Positions 8,243-18,130 of a DNA stretch of 64,000 nt are shown here, one piece after another. How positions within the stretch are numbered: the stretch's first letter is position 1; the number at the start of each line of letters is the position of its first letter. The stretch lies in IMG/VR virus record IMGVR_UViG_3300030106_006575; one strand, written 5' to 3'. Under the pieces are notes generated by a model, which had not been told where the DNA came from, searched no databases, and saw nothing but the letters and a program-made list of their open reading frames with translations. This DNA comes from an uncultured virus (IMG/VR IMGVR_UViG_3300030106_006575). Its lineage: Duplodnaviria; Heunggongvirae; Uroviricota; Caudoviricetes. Both the position numbers and the translations under genes were made by a program.

Positions 8243-9160
8243 ATGGGGGTTTTTAAATGGTTATTGGTTGCACTGCTAGCAATTACTGGGTGCACACCTG
8301 ATTATAGTGTTGTTGGTCACGACGAGGTATATGTAACGGTGTATGAAGAGGTACCCGGTGAGCCAGCTGGGGATGTTTGGATTGACAGTTTCAGCCAGCC
8401 AGGTACCACTGATGGAGTTGATATCTTATGGATACTTGATTCTTCTTGCTCTATGACAGATGATCAAGATCGTCTTATTGCTGGTATTGGGGAAATGATG
8501 AATAACTTGCCAGAAGCTAACTGGAGATTGAATATGGTTACTTCTTCTCCTGTGTTGGCTGAAACAGAAGAGTTATTTCCTTTGGTCCCGGGTGATACAG
8601 CAGATGATGCCCGGGAGATGTATGATGATATATCCAAAAATGAGCAAGAAAAAGGGATGGATACAGCCCTAAGTTACATTTTGGATAACCCATACGCTGA
8701 TACTTGGATGCGTTGGAACTCTGCTCTTCTCTTAGTGTTTGTTTCAGATGAAGATGATCAGAGTGATGCCAATCTCGGAGAATTTATATATTGGCTTGAA
8801 GACTTGAGACCGGCTGTGTATGTCTCCAGTATCGTTAATCTGGCACCAAAGGAGTCTTTATGCAATGAGAATGATATTAATACCGGAGTTATATATCAAG
8901 AGATTACGAATGCATTTGATGGTATAGTCATCGATATATGTCAAAATGATTGGACTTCTGGTGTTCGGGATGCTTCTATACAGATTGACCCGATTGGTGA
9001 GTGGGAACTGACGCATCTGCCTATTCAAGACTCGATTGTGGTCTTTATGGATGGCCAACCGTATTATAAATGGTTTTACGATCCAACATTAAATAAAATT
9101 AAATTTGATGTTTTGCCCGATGGAGGCTCTTTAGTAGAGATTGGATACCGATATTTATAA
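8243..9160 (+). CDS. vWA-domain lipoprotein
   Basis: ITGC lipobox; VDILWILDSSCSM MIDAS; LVFVSDEDDQS; C-terminal beta domain shared with 15801-17405. Confidence 0.8.
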   Translation: MGVFKWLLVALLAITGCTPDYSVVGHDEVYVTVYEEVPGEPAGDVWIDSFSQPGTTDGVDILWILDSSCSMTDDQDRLIAGIGEMMNNLPEANWRLNMVTSSPVLAETEELFPLVPGDTADDAREMYDDISKNEQEKGMDTALSYILDNPYADTWMRWNSALLLVFVSDEDDQSDANLGEFIYWLEDLRPAVYVSSIVNLAPKESLCNENDINTGVIYQEITNAFDGIVIDICQNDWTSGVRDASIQIDPIGEWELTHLPIQDSIVVFMDGQPYYKWFYDPTLNKIKFDVLPDGGSLVEIGYRYL

Positions 9161-9174
9161 AAGGAGGGGAAGAA

Positions 9175-9390
9175 ATGAGAGATATGCCACCTTATCTTCG
9201 CTTGATAGCACGAGAACCAAGAGAAGAAGATATAGAACATCTTATTTTTAATGATAGAGAGCTTAGGATGTTGAAGAGAGAGCGACAAAGATTAAGATAT
9301 GAACCAAAAGTACAGTTTTTACCTACTTTTTTGGCTATTTTGTTCATTATTGGCATAATAGTTGTCAGTTTTAGTGCTTTTAGTGTATAA
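9175..9390 (+). CDS. small membrane protein
   Basis: AGGAGG RBS, C-terminal TM. Confidence 0.6.
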   Translation: MRDMPPYLRLIAREPREEDIEHLIFNDRELRMLKRERQRLRYEPKVQFLPTFLAILFIIGIIVVSFSAFSV

Positions 9391-9447
9391 AAATGGTTTT
9401 ATACCACCTCTTACAAACTACTTATAGTGTGGGTATTTGGAGGAAAG

Positions 9448-10326
9448 ATGTTTAAACCTTCCAACTTTGTTGGGAACACGCCGTTATTGCAGGTATCAGA
9501 GAAAATATTTGCTAAATTTGAAACTTATAGCCCTTCTGGAAGCGTAAAAGACAGAATCGCTGTGTATATTCTGAATCACGCGGAGAAGAATGGACTTTTG
9601 AAGCCTGGTGACACCCTTGTGGAGGCGACGTCGGGCAACACTGGCATAGCTTTTGCACTAATGTCAGCTGAACGAGGGTATAATATAAAAATTGTTATGC
9701 CCTGTAACATGTCTGACGAGCGTAAATCTATGCTTAGGATGCTTGGAGCAGAGCTAATTGAGGTAGGAGAGGGTGATTTTGACGGCGCAATTGCAATGCG
9801 AGACAAATTAGCCGAAGAAAATGGGTGGTTTAACACAAATCAGTTCCATAATCCCCTAAATATTGAATGTCATGCTAAGACAACAGGCAAAGAGATAGTC
9901 AAGCACCTATCGGAGATAAGAAGGGAGCCGGCAGCTTTTGTATCGGGCACAGGAACAGGCGGTACTATCATGGGTGTAGCGAAAACTATGCGTGAATATT
10001 ACCCAAATACTAAGATTATTGCCGTAGAACCAGCTGAATCAGCGGTTATGAGTGGTGGTGAGCCTGGATTACATGGCATTCAGGGTATTGGCGACGGCAG
10101 CAAGTTCTTGGTTGACTTAAATAAGGTCGACGAAATCATTCCAGTGCCCACAGAGGTGGCAAAAGAGCGTGCTCGAAGCTTAATCAGAGAAAGTGGTATG
10201 CTGGTTGGCATCAGTTCGGGAGCTAATGTGTATGCAGCAGAACAGTGGATAAAGCAAAACGACCCAAGAGGCGTTGTAATTACTATGCTTTGTGACCGCG
10301 GCGAACGTTATCTAAGTTGCATTTAG
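9448..10326 (+). CDS. cysK: PLP-dependent cysteine synthase family protein
   Basis: VGNTPL, SGSVKDR (PLP lysine), EATSGNTG, GTGTGGT, HGIQGIG, GISSGAN, DRGERYLS. Start after GGAGG. Confidence 0.92.
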   Translation: MFKPSNFVGNTPLLQVSEKIFAKFETYSPSGSVKDRIAVYILNHAEKNGLLKPGDTLVEATSGNTGIAFALMSAERGYNIKIVMPCNMSDERKSMLRMLGAELIEVGEGDFDGAIAMRDKLAEENGWFNTNQFHNPLNIECHAKTTGKEIVKHLSEIRREPAAFVSGTGTGGTIMGVAKTMREYYPNTKIIAVEPAESAVMSGGEPGLHGIQGIGDGSKFLVDLNKVDEIIPVPTEVAKERARSLIRESGMLVGISSGANVYAAEQWIKQNDPRGVVITMLCDRGERYLSCI

Positions 10327-10468
10327 CCACTCAGTACTGCGAATAGATATTCGCACCGGTGTGAAACCTAAAGTGAATAATGAATGTCGTTCAAATAGGG
10401 ATTTTGGCGTTTTTGCGTCATATATATCTGCACATAACATCAGGTTATGATTTTAGGAGGAAAATAAC

Positions 10469-10699
10469 ATGTTAGAAAAGTTACAATTGGCCGGAACATG
10501 GATTGCCGAATTGACTGATATCTCGGTGGCTATGCTGGCTCTTGCAGTTGTCCTACAGGTTCTCTTCGGATCCGTGGTTCCGTTCTTTCCAGTTGACGTA
10601 ATTGGCAACATTGTTGACGTTACAGCCCAACTTGGAAGCGAAGGGTTGGTTGGATTGATTGCTGTTTGGGTTTTGATGACTCTTTTGAGCAGCAAGTAA
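10469..10699 (+). CDS. small two-TM membrane protein
   Basis: AGGAGG RBS; two hydrophobic segments; followed by a terminator. Confidence 0.75.
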   Translation: MLEKLQLAGTWIAELTDISVAMLALAVVLQVLFGSVVPFFPVDVIGNIVDVTAQLGSEGLVGLIAVWVLMTLLSSK

Positions 10700-10721
10700 A
10701 CTTTTAAATAGGTTTTTCTTG

Positions 10722-10747
10722 AAGGCGGCACTTTGTGCCGCCTTTTT
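10722..10747 (+). terminator. Rho-independent terminator
   Basis: AAGGCGGCAC-TTT-GTGCCGCCTT followed by TTT. Confidence 0.85.
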
Positions 10748-10788
10748 AATTGTGTATTCATAGGAAAAAACAACTATTTATATGCGAG

Positions 10789-11211
10789 GTGCGAGATTTA
10801 ATAAAGAAATACAGAGATATCCTTATCTATTACGACCATCAGCCCCTTTTATTGTTCTGGGCTGTCTCGGATGTGTTCAATAATCAAGTTTTATGGACTA
10901 CTCTGTCCTTTTGGGAAGAAGCTGGACAGCCTGATACCTATTTTCTTTACCTTGCTTATCTATTTGTTAGCTTGGGTATCCTATTTACTCTAAATCGAAT
11001 CGAAATATGCGTCAAATTCGTTGCTTCTTATCTAACATTGCACGTTTTTTCGACAATTCGGTTCTTAGTTGACTTATATTTGACTCCTGATCTTGAATTT
11101 GAACTATTTATAGTTAAGAATCTAACGATTACGTTCGTTTATTTTATTCTTTGGTTATGGATTTACACTAAAATGAAAAAAGAGATCGTTCACAGGAGAA
11201 TAAATGGATAG
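10789..11211 (+). CDS. multi-pass membrane protein
   Basis: GTG start 8 nt after ACTATTTA; 3-4 hydrophobic segments; overlaps the next gene. Confidence 0.6.
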   Translation: MRDLIKKYRDILIYYDHQPLLLFWAVSDVFNNQVLWTTLSFWEEAGQPDTYFLYLAYLFVSLGILFTLNRIEICVKFVASYLTLHVFSTIRFLVDLYLTPDLEFELFIVKNLTITFVYFILWLWIYTKMKKEIVHRRING

Positions 11212-11509
11212 CGCGGCAGTTACAGCTATTGTTACCTGCTTGGTGGGCGGCTTAATGTCCGCCGGAGGCTGGAAATTCTATGAATCTGTGCTCAAACACC
11301 GGGCATCGATGGCTTCAGAGTATAAAAAAGACAGATCTGCCTATCGGGATGATCTAATCAAGAGAGTAGATAAGCTGGAGGACGAAAGAGAGGAACTTAC
11401 CAAGGCTTTGATTGAAATAAAAACAGAATTTGCATCGATGAAGGTCAAACTTGAGTTTATTGAAAAAGAAAACGAAATTTTAAAGTTAAGATTGCAAAAT
11501 CGTGACTGA
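11204..11509 (+). CDS. holin-like TM + coiled-coil protein
   Basis: N-terminal TM (AVTAIVTCLVGGLMSAGGW) then leucine heptads; AGGAG RBS. Confidence 0.6.
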   Translation: MDSAAVTAIVTCLVGGLMSAGGWKFYESVLKHRASMASEYKKDRSAYRDDLIKRVDKLEDEREELTKALIEIKTEFASMKVKLEFIEKENEILKLRLQNRD

Positions 11510-11566
11510 TATTGTCTGAACTTGGTACTATTTATAGTATACATTTAAATATCCGGTGGTACTCAC

Positions 11567-12502
11567 ATGAATATAACAAAAGAGCAGCTTAAAAAGATCA
11601 TCATAGAAGAATTTAATCTTGTAATAGAGAAGGATGATCGTTGTACTCGCATAGCGAAGCGAAAGTATGATGTATGGCCCTCTGCCTACGCTTCCGGCGC
11701 CGTTGTACGCTGTCGGAAGGGTGATATATGGAAAGACCTCAAAGAAGAGGAACTGACTGATGACGAGGAAGAAGAACTTAAGGATGTAAAAAAGGAACTC
11801 GAAGGTGCTTCCAAGATGCACAAGAAGCAAGCCAAAAGAATTGAAAAAGCCATTGACGAAGGAAAGAAGAACTGTGGCTGTGGCCAAGATCCCTGCATAA
11901 CCTTTGGAATTCAAGAAGAGAAGAAAAAAGCAGGCACGGAGTCTAGCAAAGAGTCCAGCCTTCACGACTGGTTTGGACGCAAAGGTGAGAAAGGCAGTAA
12001 AGGTGGCTGGGTTGACTGTAATGCTCCTGACGGTGACGGTGGCTATAAAGCCTGCGGTCGTGAGAAAGGCGAGAAGAGGTCCAAATATCCTGCGTGTCGC
12101 CCAACACCCGCCGCATGCAAAGAGCGCGGCAAAGGCAAGTCTTGGGGTAAAAAAGCAAAAAAAGAAGGTTTGACTATGAACAAGCAAAGACTTATGGAAA
12201 TTATCAATGAGGAACTCGAAGAGGTTTATTACGAGATGCTCGCTGAAGGTGAAACACTTGAAGAAGCCGAATATCAAGGAAGAAAGGTTACCCTGAACAA
12301 GCCAATGAGGGGTGATGTAAAGAAATCCAAGGTATATGTTAAAAATGATAAAGGAAATGTTGTCAAGGTTAACTTTGGTGATCCGAATATGAGAATTAAA
12401 AAATCTAATCCTAAAAGACGCAAGTCATTCCGTGCACGACACAACTGTGATGACCCGGGCCCGAAATGGAAAGCACGATATTGGTCGTGTAAAGCGTGGT
12501 AG
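11567..12502 (+). CDS. modular phage protein with Cys/basic modules (DUF6321-like C-terminus), putative virion-internal
   Basis: KYDVWPSAYASGAVVRCR; WVDCN..YPACRPTPAAC; VNFGDPNMRIKKSNPKRRKSFRARHNC..ARYWSC. Modules separated by acidic spacers. Confidence 0.7.
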   Translation: MNITKEQLKKIIIEEFNLVIEKDDRCTRIAKRKYDVWPSAYASGAVVRCRKGDIWKDLKEEELTDDEEEELKDVKKELEGASKMHKKQAKRIEKAIDEGKKNCGCGQDPCITFGIQEEKKKAGTESSKESSLHDWFGRKGEKGSKGGWVDCNAPDGDGGYKACGREKGEKRSKYPACRPTPAACKERGKGKSWGKKAKKEGLTMNKQRLMEIINEELEEVYYEMLAEGETLEEAEYQGRKVTLNKPMRGDVKKSKVYVKNDKGNVVKVNFGDPNMRIKKSNPKRRKSFRARHNCDDPGPKWKARYWSCKAW

Positions 12503-12512
12503 GAGAAAACTG

Positions 12513-14951
12513 ATGCAGTTTTTACACGACAACTGGCGCACTTTTCTTACTGAGGGTACATATGACGCCGAAAATACTAGTATTCTGCGTGAAATAAGCG
12601 ATGATGAGCTAGGGCATATCGAAAGAGCGCTCGATGAGATGGAGGGAGAAGATCTTGCCTTCAATACCTTGTTCCAGGGCAAGAATCGCGTTTTGTTGCC
12701 GTTTTCTCATATCGATACGTCAAGCGAACTCGGTCAGTTCCTCGCCATAATGACTACTTTTTATGATGACTCCGACGCCAGGATTGACGCAGCTAATGGG
12801 CATATGGCAGCGGATTTTAAAACCGGGATTATGTCAGCAGTTCGACAGCCATCTAATAATGATATGAAAAGATGGAAGGAACGCGGTTCGCCCGAAGACT
12901 CTAAACCTAGAATCAAAGTAGAAAGGATGAAAATAGGTAAATGGCTCGCTGCCATCGAAAAGAGTGCATTGAATATGATAGAGTATTATGATGAGTTTGG
13001 CCAACGACCAGATATAGACTTTTTGGGTACGGGAGAACAAAAATACGCCGACGAGGGAGCGAAAGAAAAATGGGAAAAAATAAAAGCAAGAGCAGAGAAG
13101 CTCTTGTCTTATATAACTACGCGAGCATTTGAAACAAGATTTAGAGTAGATGATATTAAAGATGTGCCGGCTAAAATAAGAGATCTTCAAAAATATTGGG
13201 CTGAGAATGCTGATTATATTAAGAAAAATCCCGAAGGGACTAAATCAGCAGAAGATGTGTATTCCATCGTTATCACTCGGCACCCAATCGATGTCTTGCG
13301 TATGTCTGATTTCGATAATATTAGCTCTTGTCATTCTCCAGCCTCCAGAACCGGTGGTTCTCCTGATTCCTATTATAAATGCGCGGTGGCGGAAGCTCAC
13401 GGGCATGGAGCGGTCGCTTATATCATTAATAATGACTCTTTAAAAGAAGCCTTTGGAACTCCTGACTTGGACGAAATAGGCGATGCTAGCGATTTCCAAG
13501 AAAATGAGCTTTTCTGGGATGAGGAGCGTGATGCTGGACTCATTGATCCTATCTCAAGAATTCGTTTGAGGCAGGTTAGATATTATGACACTGATACTCC
13601 CAAAAGATGGGACGAGGGCACTCAGATTGCTGTACCTGAGAAGCGCGTGTATGGTAAAAAGATTCCGGGCTTTCGAGAAACCTTGATGAAATGGGCTAGA
13701 AACAGCCAGGAACAACAAATTTTGAACGCGCCCAATGACGAATCTGGAGATCTAGATCTAAATAAGTTTGTTAAATTTGGTGGTTCTTACGAAGACAATA
13801 ATATTTCTTCCTTAGTGTCCAACTTGTTTGGTCCTTTGCGATTGCAGGGTGCTGTTACAGCAGTAGGAAGAATTAAACAAAATACCGATACTGAGGATGA
13901 GCTGGATCTAAACCTTGTTGGTACGGCTGCTGAGGCGCTTGAGAACGAGGCTAAACTTATATTGGACAGATATTCCTTTGATAATTTTGAAGTCGAGGTC
14001 ACTGTTGACCACGACGATGAGGCAGCTGCTTGGATAGAACCAGAGGTTCGGGTCAAATTTGCATGGGCTAGCGATGACTGGTATGGATTGCCGTCTTCGA
14101 TAGATCTTCGGGCGGTTGCGAATGAATTAGCAGATTCATATGGAGATGATTACGACATTCTAAGCGCCTACGGCACCTACGCTGACGCGCGTGATGGTAT
14201 GATCCGTCTGAGCTTTGCGGTTAATGTCCAAGCACTGTCACAACACGAGCACGGTGCGTTCTGGTCTGCCTACGATTTTGAAGAGTTTTTGGACACTTTA
14301 TATGCGGAAGAAAGGTATGGCGGCAAAGTCGGTATGCTAGTAGATTTTATAGAAAAGTATATGAAACGAGAAGAGTATATGAAGGGTGGCGCCATGGGTG
14401 TCTTGGGAAGGAAAATTGAGAATGGAGAACTAACATCTTATGAGTGGGAGTTAGAAGCAGAAGAAGATTATGATGGAGGCTACGAACTTGTCTCTGCGAC
14501 TACTGAGATAGGGTTTTCATATGAAGGTGTGCCGCTCAACATAGTTAAAAAAATCTTTAGTTCTAGAGACTTCTGGATTAAGCTTCGCAGACAGATGCAC
14601 ATCCCGATTCATATGAAGAGTTGGGATAAAAAGTATTATGTCAACATTGAAAGAGATATTGAGAATATTGATGAAGAAGAACAAGTGATAGAACTCAAAC
14701 TAAACTATCATGTCGGAGATTCCGATCCGGATGAGGTTTCTAAAATCTTTGAAGATATAATTGAGACCTGGGATGATGAAGATGAACTTGTTAGTCTGGT
14801 TTCAAGAGTATTCAAATCGTTTATACCAGAGGTTAGTAAACTTACACAAGTGGATCCGATATCAGATCTGAACCAAGAACACTTGAACGAAAATAAAAAA
14901 GTTTCTGGAGATACGATATTTAATAATTGGAGACGCTTTTTGAACTCATAA
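12513..14951 (+). CDS. large acidic hypothetical phage protein
   Basis: Start after AGGAG; ITRHPIDVLRMSDFDNISSCHS block; NWRxFL motif at both termini. Confidence 0.8.
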   Translation: MQFLHDNWRTFLTEGTYDAENTSILREISDDELGHIERALDEMEGEDLAFNTLFQGKNRVLLPFSHIDTSSELGQFLAIMTTFYDDSDARIDAANGHMAADFKTGIMSAVRQPSNNDMKRWKERGSPEDSKPRIKVERMKIGKWLAAIEKSALNMIEYYDEFGQRPDIDFLGTGEQKYADEGAKEKWEKIKARAEKLLSYITTRAFETRFRVDDIKDVPAKIRDLQKYWAENADYIKKNPEGTKSAEDVYSIVITRHPIDVLRMSDFDNISSCHSPASRTGGSPDSYYKCAVAEAHGHGAVAYIINNDSLKEAFGTPDLDEIGDASDFQENELFWDEERDAGLIDPISRIRLRQVRYYDTDTPKRWDEGTQIAVPEKRVYGKKIPGFRETLMKWARNSQEQQILNAPNDESGDLDLNKFVKFGGSYEDNNISSLVSNLFGPLRLQGAVTAVGRIKQNTDTEDELDLNLVGTAAEALENEAKLILDRYSFDNFEVEVTVDHDDEAAAWIEPEVRVKFAWASDDWYGLPSSIDLRAVANELADSYGDDYDILSAYGTYADARDGMIRLSFAVNVQALSQHEHGAFWSAYDFEEFLDTLYAEERYGGKVGMLVDFIEKYMKREEYMKGGAMGVLGRKIENGELTSYEWELEAEEDYDGGYELVSATTEIGFSYEGVPLNIVKKIFSSRDFWIKLRRQMHIPIHMKSWDKKYYVNIERDIENIDEEEQVIELKLNYHVGDSDPDEVSKIFEDIIETWDDEDELVSLVSRVFKSFIPEVSKLTQVDPISDLNQEHLNENKKVSGDTIFNNWRRFLNS

Positions 14952-14984
14952 TAACTTAAATTTCATTTTAACTAAGGGGGTTTT

Positions 14985-15188
14985 ATGAATGATAGTTATA
15001 AAAATAGTATAATACTATGCACTTACATTACAAGATCTAATCTGCGTATTAAACGTAATATAGCAAAGTCATTTATAAGGCGAGGCTTTGTAAAGGTAAA
15101 CGGCGTCGTTATAACAAACATTCGACATCTTGTTAAGGCTGGTGATAAAGTTGAAGTATTAGATAAGCTTATAGTTCTTAAGTATTAA
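14985..15188 (+). CDS. stand-alone S4 RNA-binding domain protein
   Basis: RNIAKSFIRRGFVKVNGVVITNIRHLVKAGDKVEV matches the S4 pattern. Confidence 0.75.
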   Translation: MNDSYKNSIILCTYITRSNLRIKRNIAKSFIRRGFVKVNGVVITNIRHLVKAGDKVEVLDKLIVLKY

Positions 15189-15475
15189 TCTTCTTTTACT
15201 TCACACTCTTCTGGCAGGTGAGACTTGGGTTCTTCTTTGTATACTTTTAGTTCTGGTTGGTCCCATTGGATCCGCGGACAATAATCGCGGTGGTTCTTCT
15301 TATCTTGTAGAAAATATTCTAGCGCTGCCGTATCGTTTCTTAGGTCGCTGACGCCATTTCGGCAGTCTTCCACCTCACTAGTTGTGACCTGCTCGACTTC
15401 AACCGTTAAGTTAACTGAAGGATCTCCATCGCCAGCTAAAGTCGCTATGGCCAAAAGTAATGATGCTGTTTTCAT
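15185..15475 (-). CDS. putative secreted hypothetical protein
   Basis: Signal-peptide-like N-terminus; GGAG RBS; 2 nt after the stop of 15478-15747. Confidence 0.65.
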   Translation of the reverse strand: MKTASLLLAIATLAGDGDPSVNLTVEVEQVTTSEVEDCRNGVSDLRNDTAALEYFLQDKKNHRDYCPRIQWDQPELKVYKEEPKSHLPEECEVKED

Positions 15476-15477
15476 AT

Positions 15478-15747
15478 CTACTCCGTTACTATTCTTTCGA
15501 TTCGTTCTAACGCTGCTTTCATATATTCAATATCTTTTTCTATAGAAATAATAGCTCTCGAATTTCTTTCTGCTTCTTCTACTTTTTGCTCTAGTACACC
15601 AATGGTACCTTCAGCATCTCCTAGGTCATTTTCTAATTGGGCCAGTGCAACATTAGTGTTCCAAACCCATCCGGAAAGAGGAAGAATAACGGCGCCGAGT
15701 ACTACCGTAAATATTTTCCAATACCAATCTAAATTTTTTATCGCCAT
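15478..15747 (-). CDS. TM + coiled-coil membrane protein
   Basis: N-terminal TM, heptad repeat; ACTACTTA motif 4 nt upstream. Confidence 0.7.
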   Translation of the reverse strand: MAIKNLDWYWKIFTVVLGAVILPLSGWVWNTNVALAQLENDLGDAEGTIGVLEQKVEEAERNSRAIISIEKDIEYMKAALERIERIVTE

Positions 15748-15800
15748 ACTGTAAGTAGTCCCTTTTGAAATGTTTAGACTGAAAGAATATTTGTTTTATA

Positions 15801-17405
15801 TTATAAGCATTCGCCATAATAACCATATGTTATGTCAACTAAACTATCTGCTGACGGGACCTCTTCGATATTGAAGATAATAGCGTTAGTATAAGGATCG
15901 TATACCCAGCCGGCTGGGATAGTCAGACCGTCGACGGTCACGATTATTGTATCGACAATCGGTAGTTCGCTTAGCGGGAAGTCCAATATTGGTATCAGGG
16001 TCTCTTCTGCAAGTTGTTCAACTTGATACCCCCAGTCACCTGAACATATATCTAATACTGACCCCCCTATTATATCAACAGCCTCTATATACCGTATCGC
16101 ATGTTGTGCACACGTAGACGTTTCTATTACTCCCACGACGGCATGGAGATTGATAGTCGTTGGCGGAGGTTTTATGGGGATCATCGACGAAACAATATCA
16201 ATAACCGGGGCTGAAGCATAATCATCCTCATCTGATACCACGATGATCGAAAGGTTTGCGTCTTCCCTAAAAAAATCACTAGGATTTCCAGCGGTTGATC
16301 CAGGCTGTATGGCGCCCGCACCCATAACAAGCCCCATTTCCATAGCTGATCCCATGGTGCCAGCTACTATTTGATGCTGAAACTCTGTTATTAAATCGGG
16401 CGACGACGCGTCGAGAACAGGACCTTGTAATTCTATGCTGTCCGTAGTGATGGTTGCGATATGAAAATCAGCGCCACTATTAAACAAGGGATTGATAAAC
16501 TGATCAGCGTTTGCTGACAAATCTGATTGCGCCCAAGACATAGAGCACGAGTTGTCTATTATAAATAAAATGTCGAGCTTGATCTGATCTTCTTGGATGT
16601 AGCTATCGGTTACAGTTCCAGCCCGTTCGACCTGTCCTTCTTGCATTGCTGTCAGGGTACCATATTCTGGATCGTCGGAGGTGACAACTAAGTATCCTAA
16701 ATCATTAGTCTCTTCAAGTCCTTCATATTCTATGTCTATCGGCATGCTTTCATTAGGCTCTAATATCAAGGGTGCGCCGTCGTAGGATTCCATCATTAGA
16801 TTATCAGTGCTACTATATAAAAATTCTGTTACTGTTAGATCTAGATTACCGATGTTTTTAATTGTTATTGTTGTTGAGGTAGAGCATCCTATTTCTAGTG
16901 TACCAAAATCATATAACAGTGGATCGATTTCGATGGCTGGTGCAAGCCCGGTGCCCGTTAAAGCAACCTCTACAACTGGCTCGTCTGGATCATTAGATTC
17001 AATCAAGACGCTTTCTATTTTTTCCCCAAAAGACGTCGGCTTAAAATCTATATCAAATTCTATCACCCCGGATGGTTCTATAAACTCAAACCCGGCGGCT
17101 GTATTGAATGACGGACTAGATAGCTCATATTCACCACTATGAGATGAAAAATAGATATCGAAGATCTCCAGAGTACTCTCTCCCAAATTAACTATTGAGA
17201 ATGTTGTTGAGTATTCTTCGCTATCCTCTACTATGAGCGATCCAAACTCGGAGGTCAGAGGAGAAACCATAATGTCTGGTGGACCAGGCAAGGGTGCCAA
17301 ATCCGGTTCTTCAACTGGGCATTCTTGGTCCGATCCAGTTAGTCCGTAGTCTGGTGTGCACGCCACAAATATAATTGAACTCAATGCCATATGAATGTGT
17401 TTCAT
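15801..17405 (-). CDS. lipoprotein with two Ig-like (ASH/choice-of-anchor D-like) domains and vWA
   Basis: FVAC lipobox; two repeats NLG/NIG...SNDPDEP/SDDPE; LDILFIIDNSCSM; VVSDEDD. Confidence 0.8.
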   Translation of the reverse strand: MKHIHMALSSIIFVACTPDYGLTGSDQECPVEEPDLAPLPGPPDIMVSPLTSEFGSLIVEDSEEYSTTFSIVNLGESTLEIFDIYFSSHSGEYELSSPSFNTAAGFEFIEPSGVIEFDIDFKPTSFGEKIESVLIESNDPDEPVVEVALTGTGLAPAIEIDPLLYDFGTLEIGCSTSTTITIKNIGNLDLTVTEFLYSSTDNLMMESYDGAPLILEPNESMPIDIEYEGLEETNDLGYLVVTSDDPEYGTLTAMQEGQVERAGTVTDSYIQEDQIKLDILFIIDNSCSMSWAQSDLSANADQFINPLFNSGADFHIATITTDSIELQGPVLDASSPDLITEFQHQIVAGTMGSAMEMGLVMGAGAIQPGSTAGNPSDFFREDANLSIIVVSDEDDYASAPVIDIVSSMIPIKPPPTTINLHAVVGVIETSTCAQHAIRYIEAVDIIGGSVLDICSGDWGYQVEQLAEETLIPILDFPLSELPIVDTIIVTVDGLTIPAGWVYDPYTNAIIFNIEEVPSADSLVDITYGYYGECL

Positions 17406-17575
17406 TTAATCCCCCTTATTCGTTCTATTCGTCTGTTTACCATATATAGTTTAACCCCTTTTCTTCGGCGTCACAATGGTGTGACTCAAATAAATTAAAA
17501 TATACTTTATTTGAGATTATAGGAGAGTAAAAACTATTTATACGAGAAAGTTACTATTTTTGGAGCGTGTACTTT

Positions 17576-17881
17576 ATGAAAATAACTAAAAAGATTTTAC
17601 GTGATCTGATTTTGCAAGAAATGGATGTTACCTTGTCAGCAAAGGATAATCCAAATCTAGATAATATGCTGTTCAAGATAGGTCCATTTGCAACTCTGAT
17701 CGAAAATGCATATCAAACTCTCCATAGGCTCGAAGGAGCCATTAGAAATAGTCAAGACTTTAACCAGACGGTCTATGGAGCATTAGAGAAAGACCTAAAA
17801 AGAATAACAGATAAGATTAGTTATATCCAGCAAGCAGCTGATCTCAAAATTAAGGGAAGCCTTGACAAGCCTGAAGACTAA
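17576..17881 (+). CDS. hypothetical protein with MKITKKILRDLILQE N-terminus
   Basis: N-terminal motif shared with 11567; ACTATTTA upstream. Confidence 0.7.
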   Translation: MKITKKILRDLILQEMDVTLSAKDNPNLDNMLFKIGPFATLIENAYQTLHRLEGAIRNSQDFNQTVYGALEKDLKRITDKISYIQQAADLKIKGSLDKPED

Positions 17882-18113
17882 TGCTGGATCCTTCGGAGTA
17901 CTGGACGGATTTAAGATCGGCGATGTTGTTTTGTGGTCCAGATTGGACTCCAAGCTGGTTGGTGTCGTATCTGATTTATATGTCATAGAGAAGGGTGGGC
18001 GAAATGTTGCTTACGCTTCAGTTTATTGCCTTGAAGAACAGAAAAAATACGATGTTTTATGTATAAACTTAAAACTTTTAACAAAAAATGAACTTGACGA
18101 ACAAAAAAACTAA
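17862..18113 (+). CDS. small SH3/KOW-like protein
   Basis: FKIGDVV...VGVVSD...ASVY, the same pattern as the 2.6-5 kb array. Confidence 0.6.
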   Translation: MTSLKTNAGSFGVLDGFKIGDVVLWSRLDSKLVGVVSDLYVIEKGGRNVAYASVYCLEEQKKYDVLCINLKLLTKNELDEQKN

Positions 18114-18130
18114 TTAGTCTAGGTACAACT

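Noticed and set aside
11528..12277. 249-aa hydrophobic minus-strand ORF
   Set aside because: Phe/Leu richness simply mirrors the Lys/Glu codons of the + strand gene.
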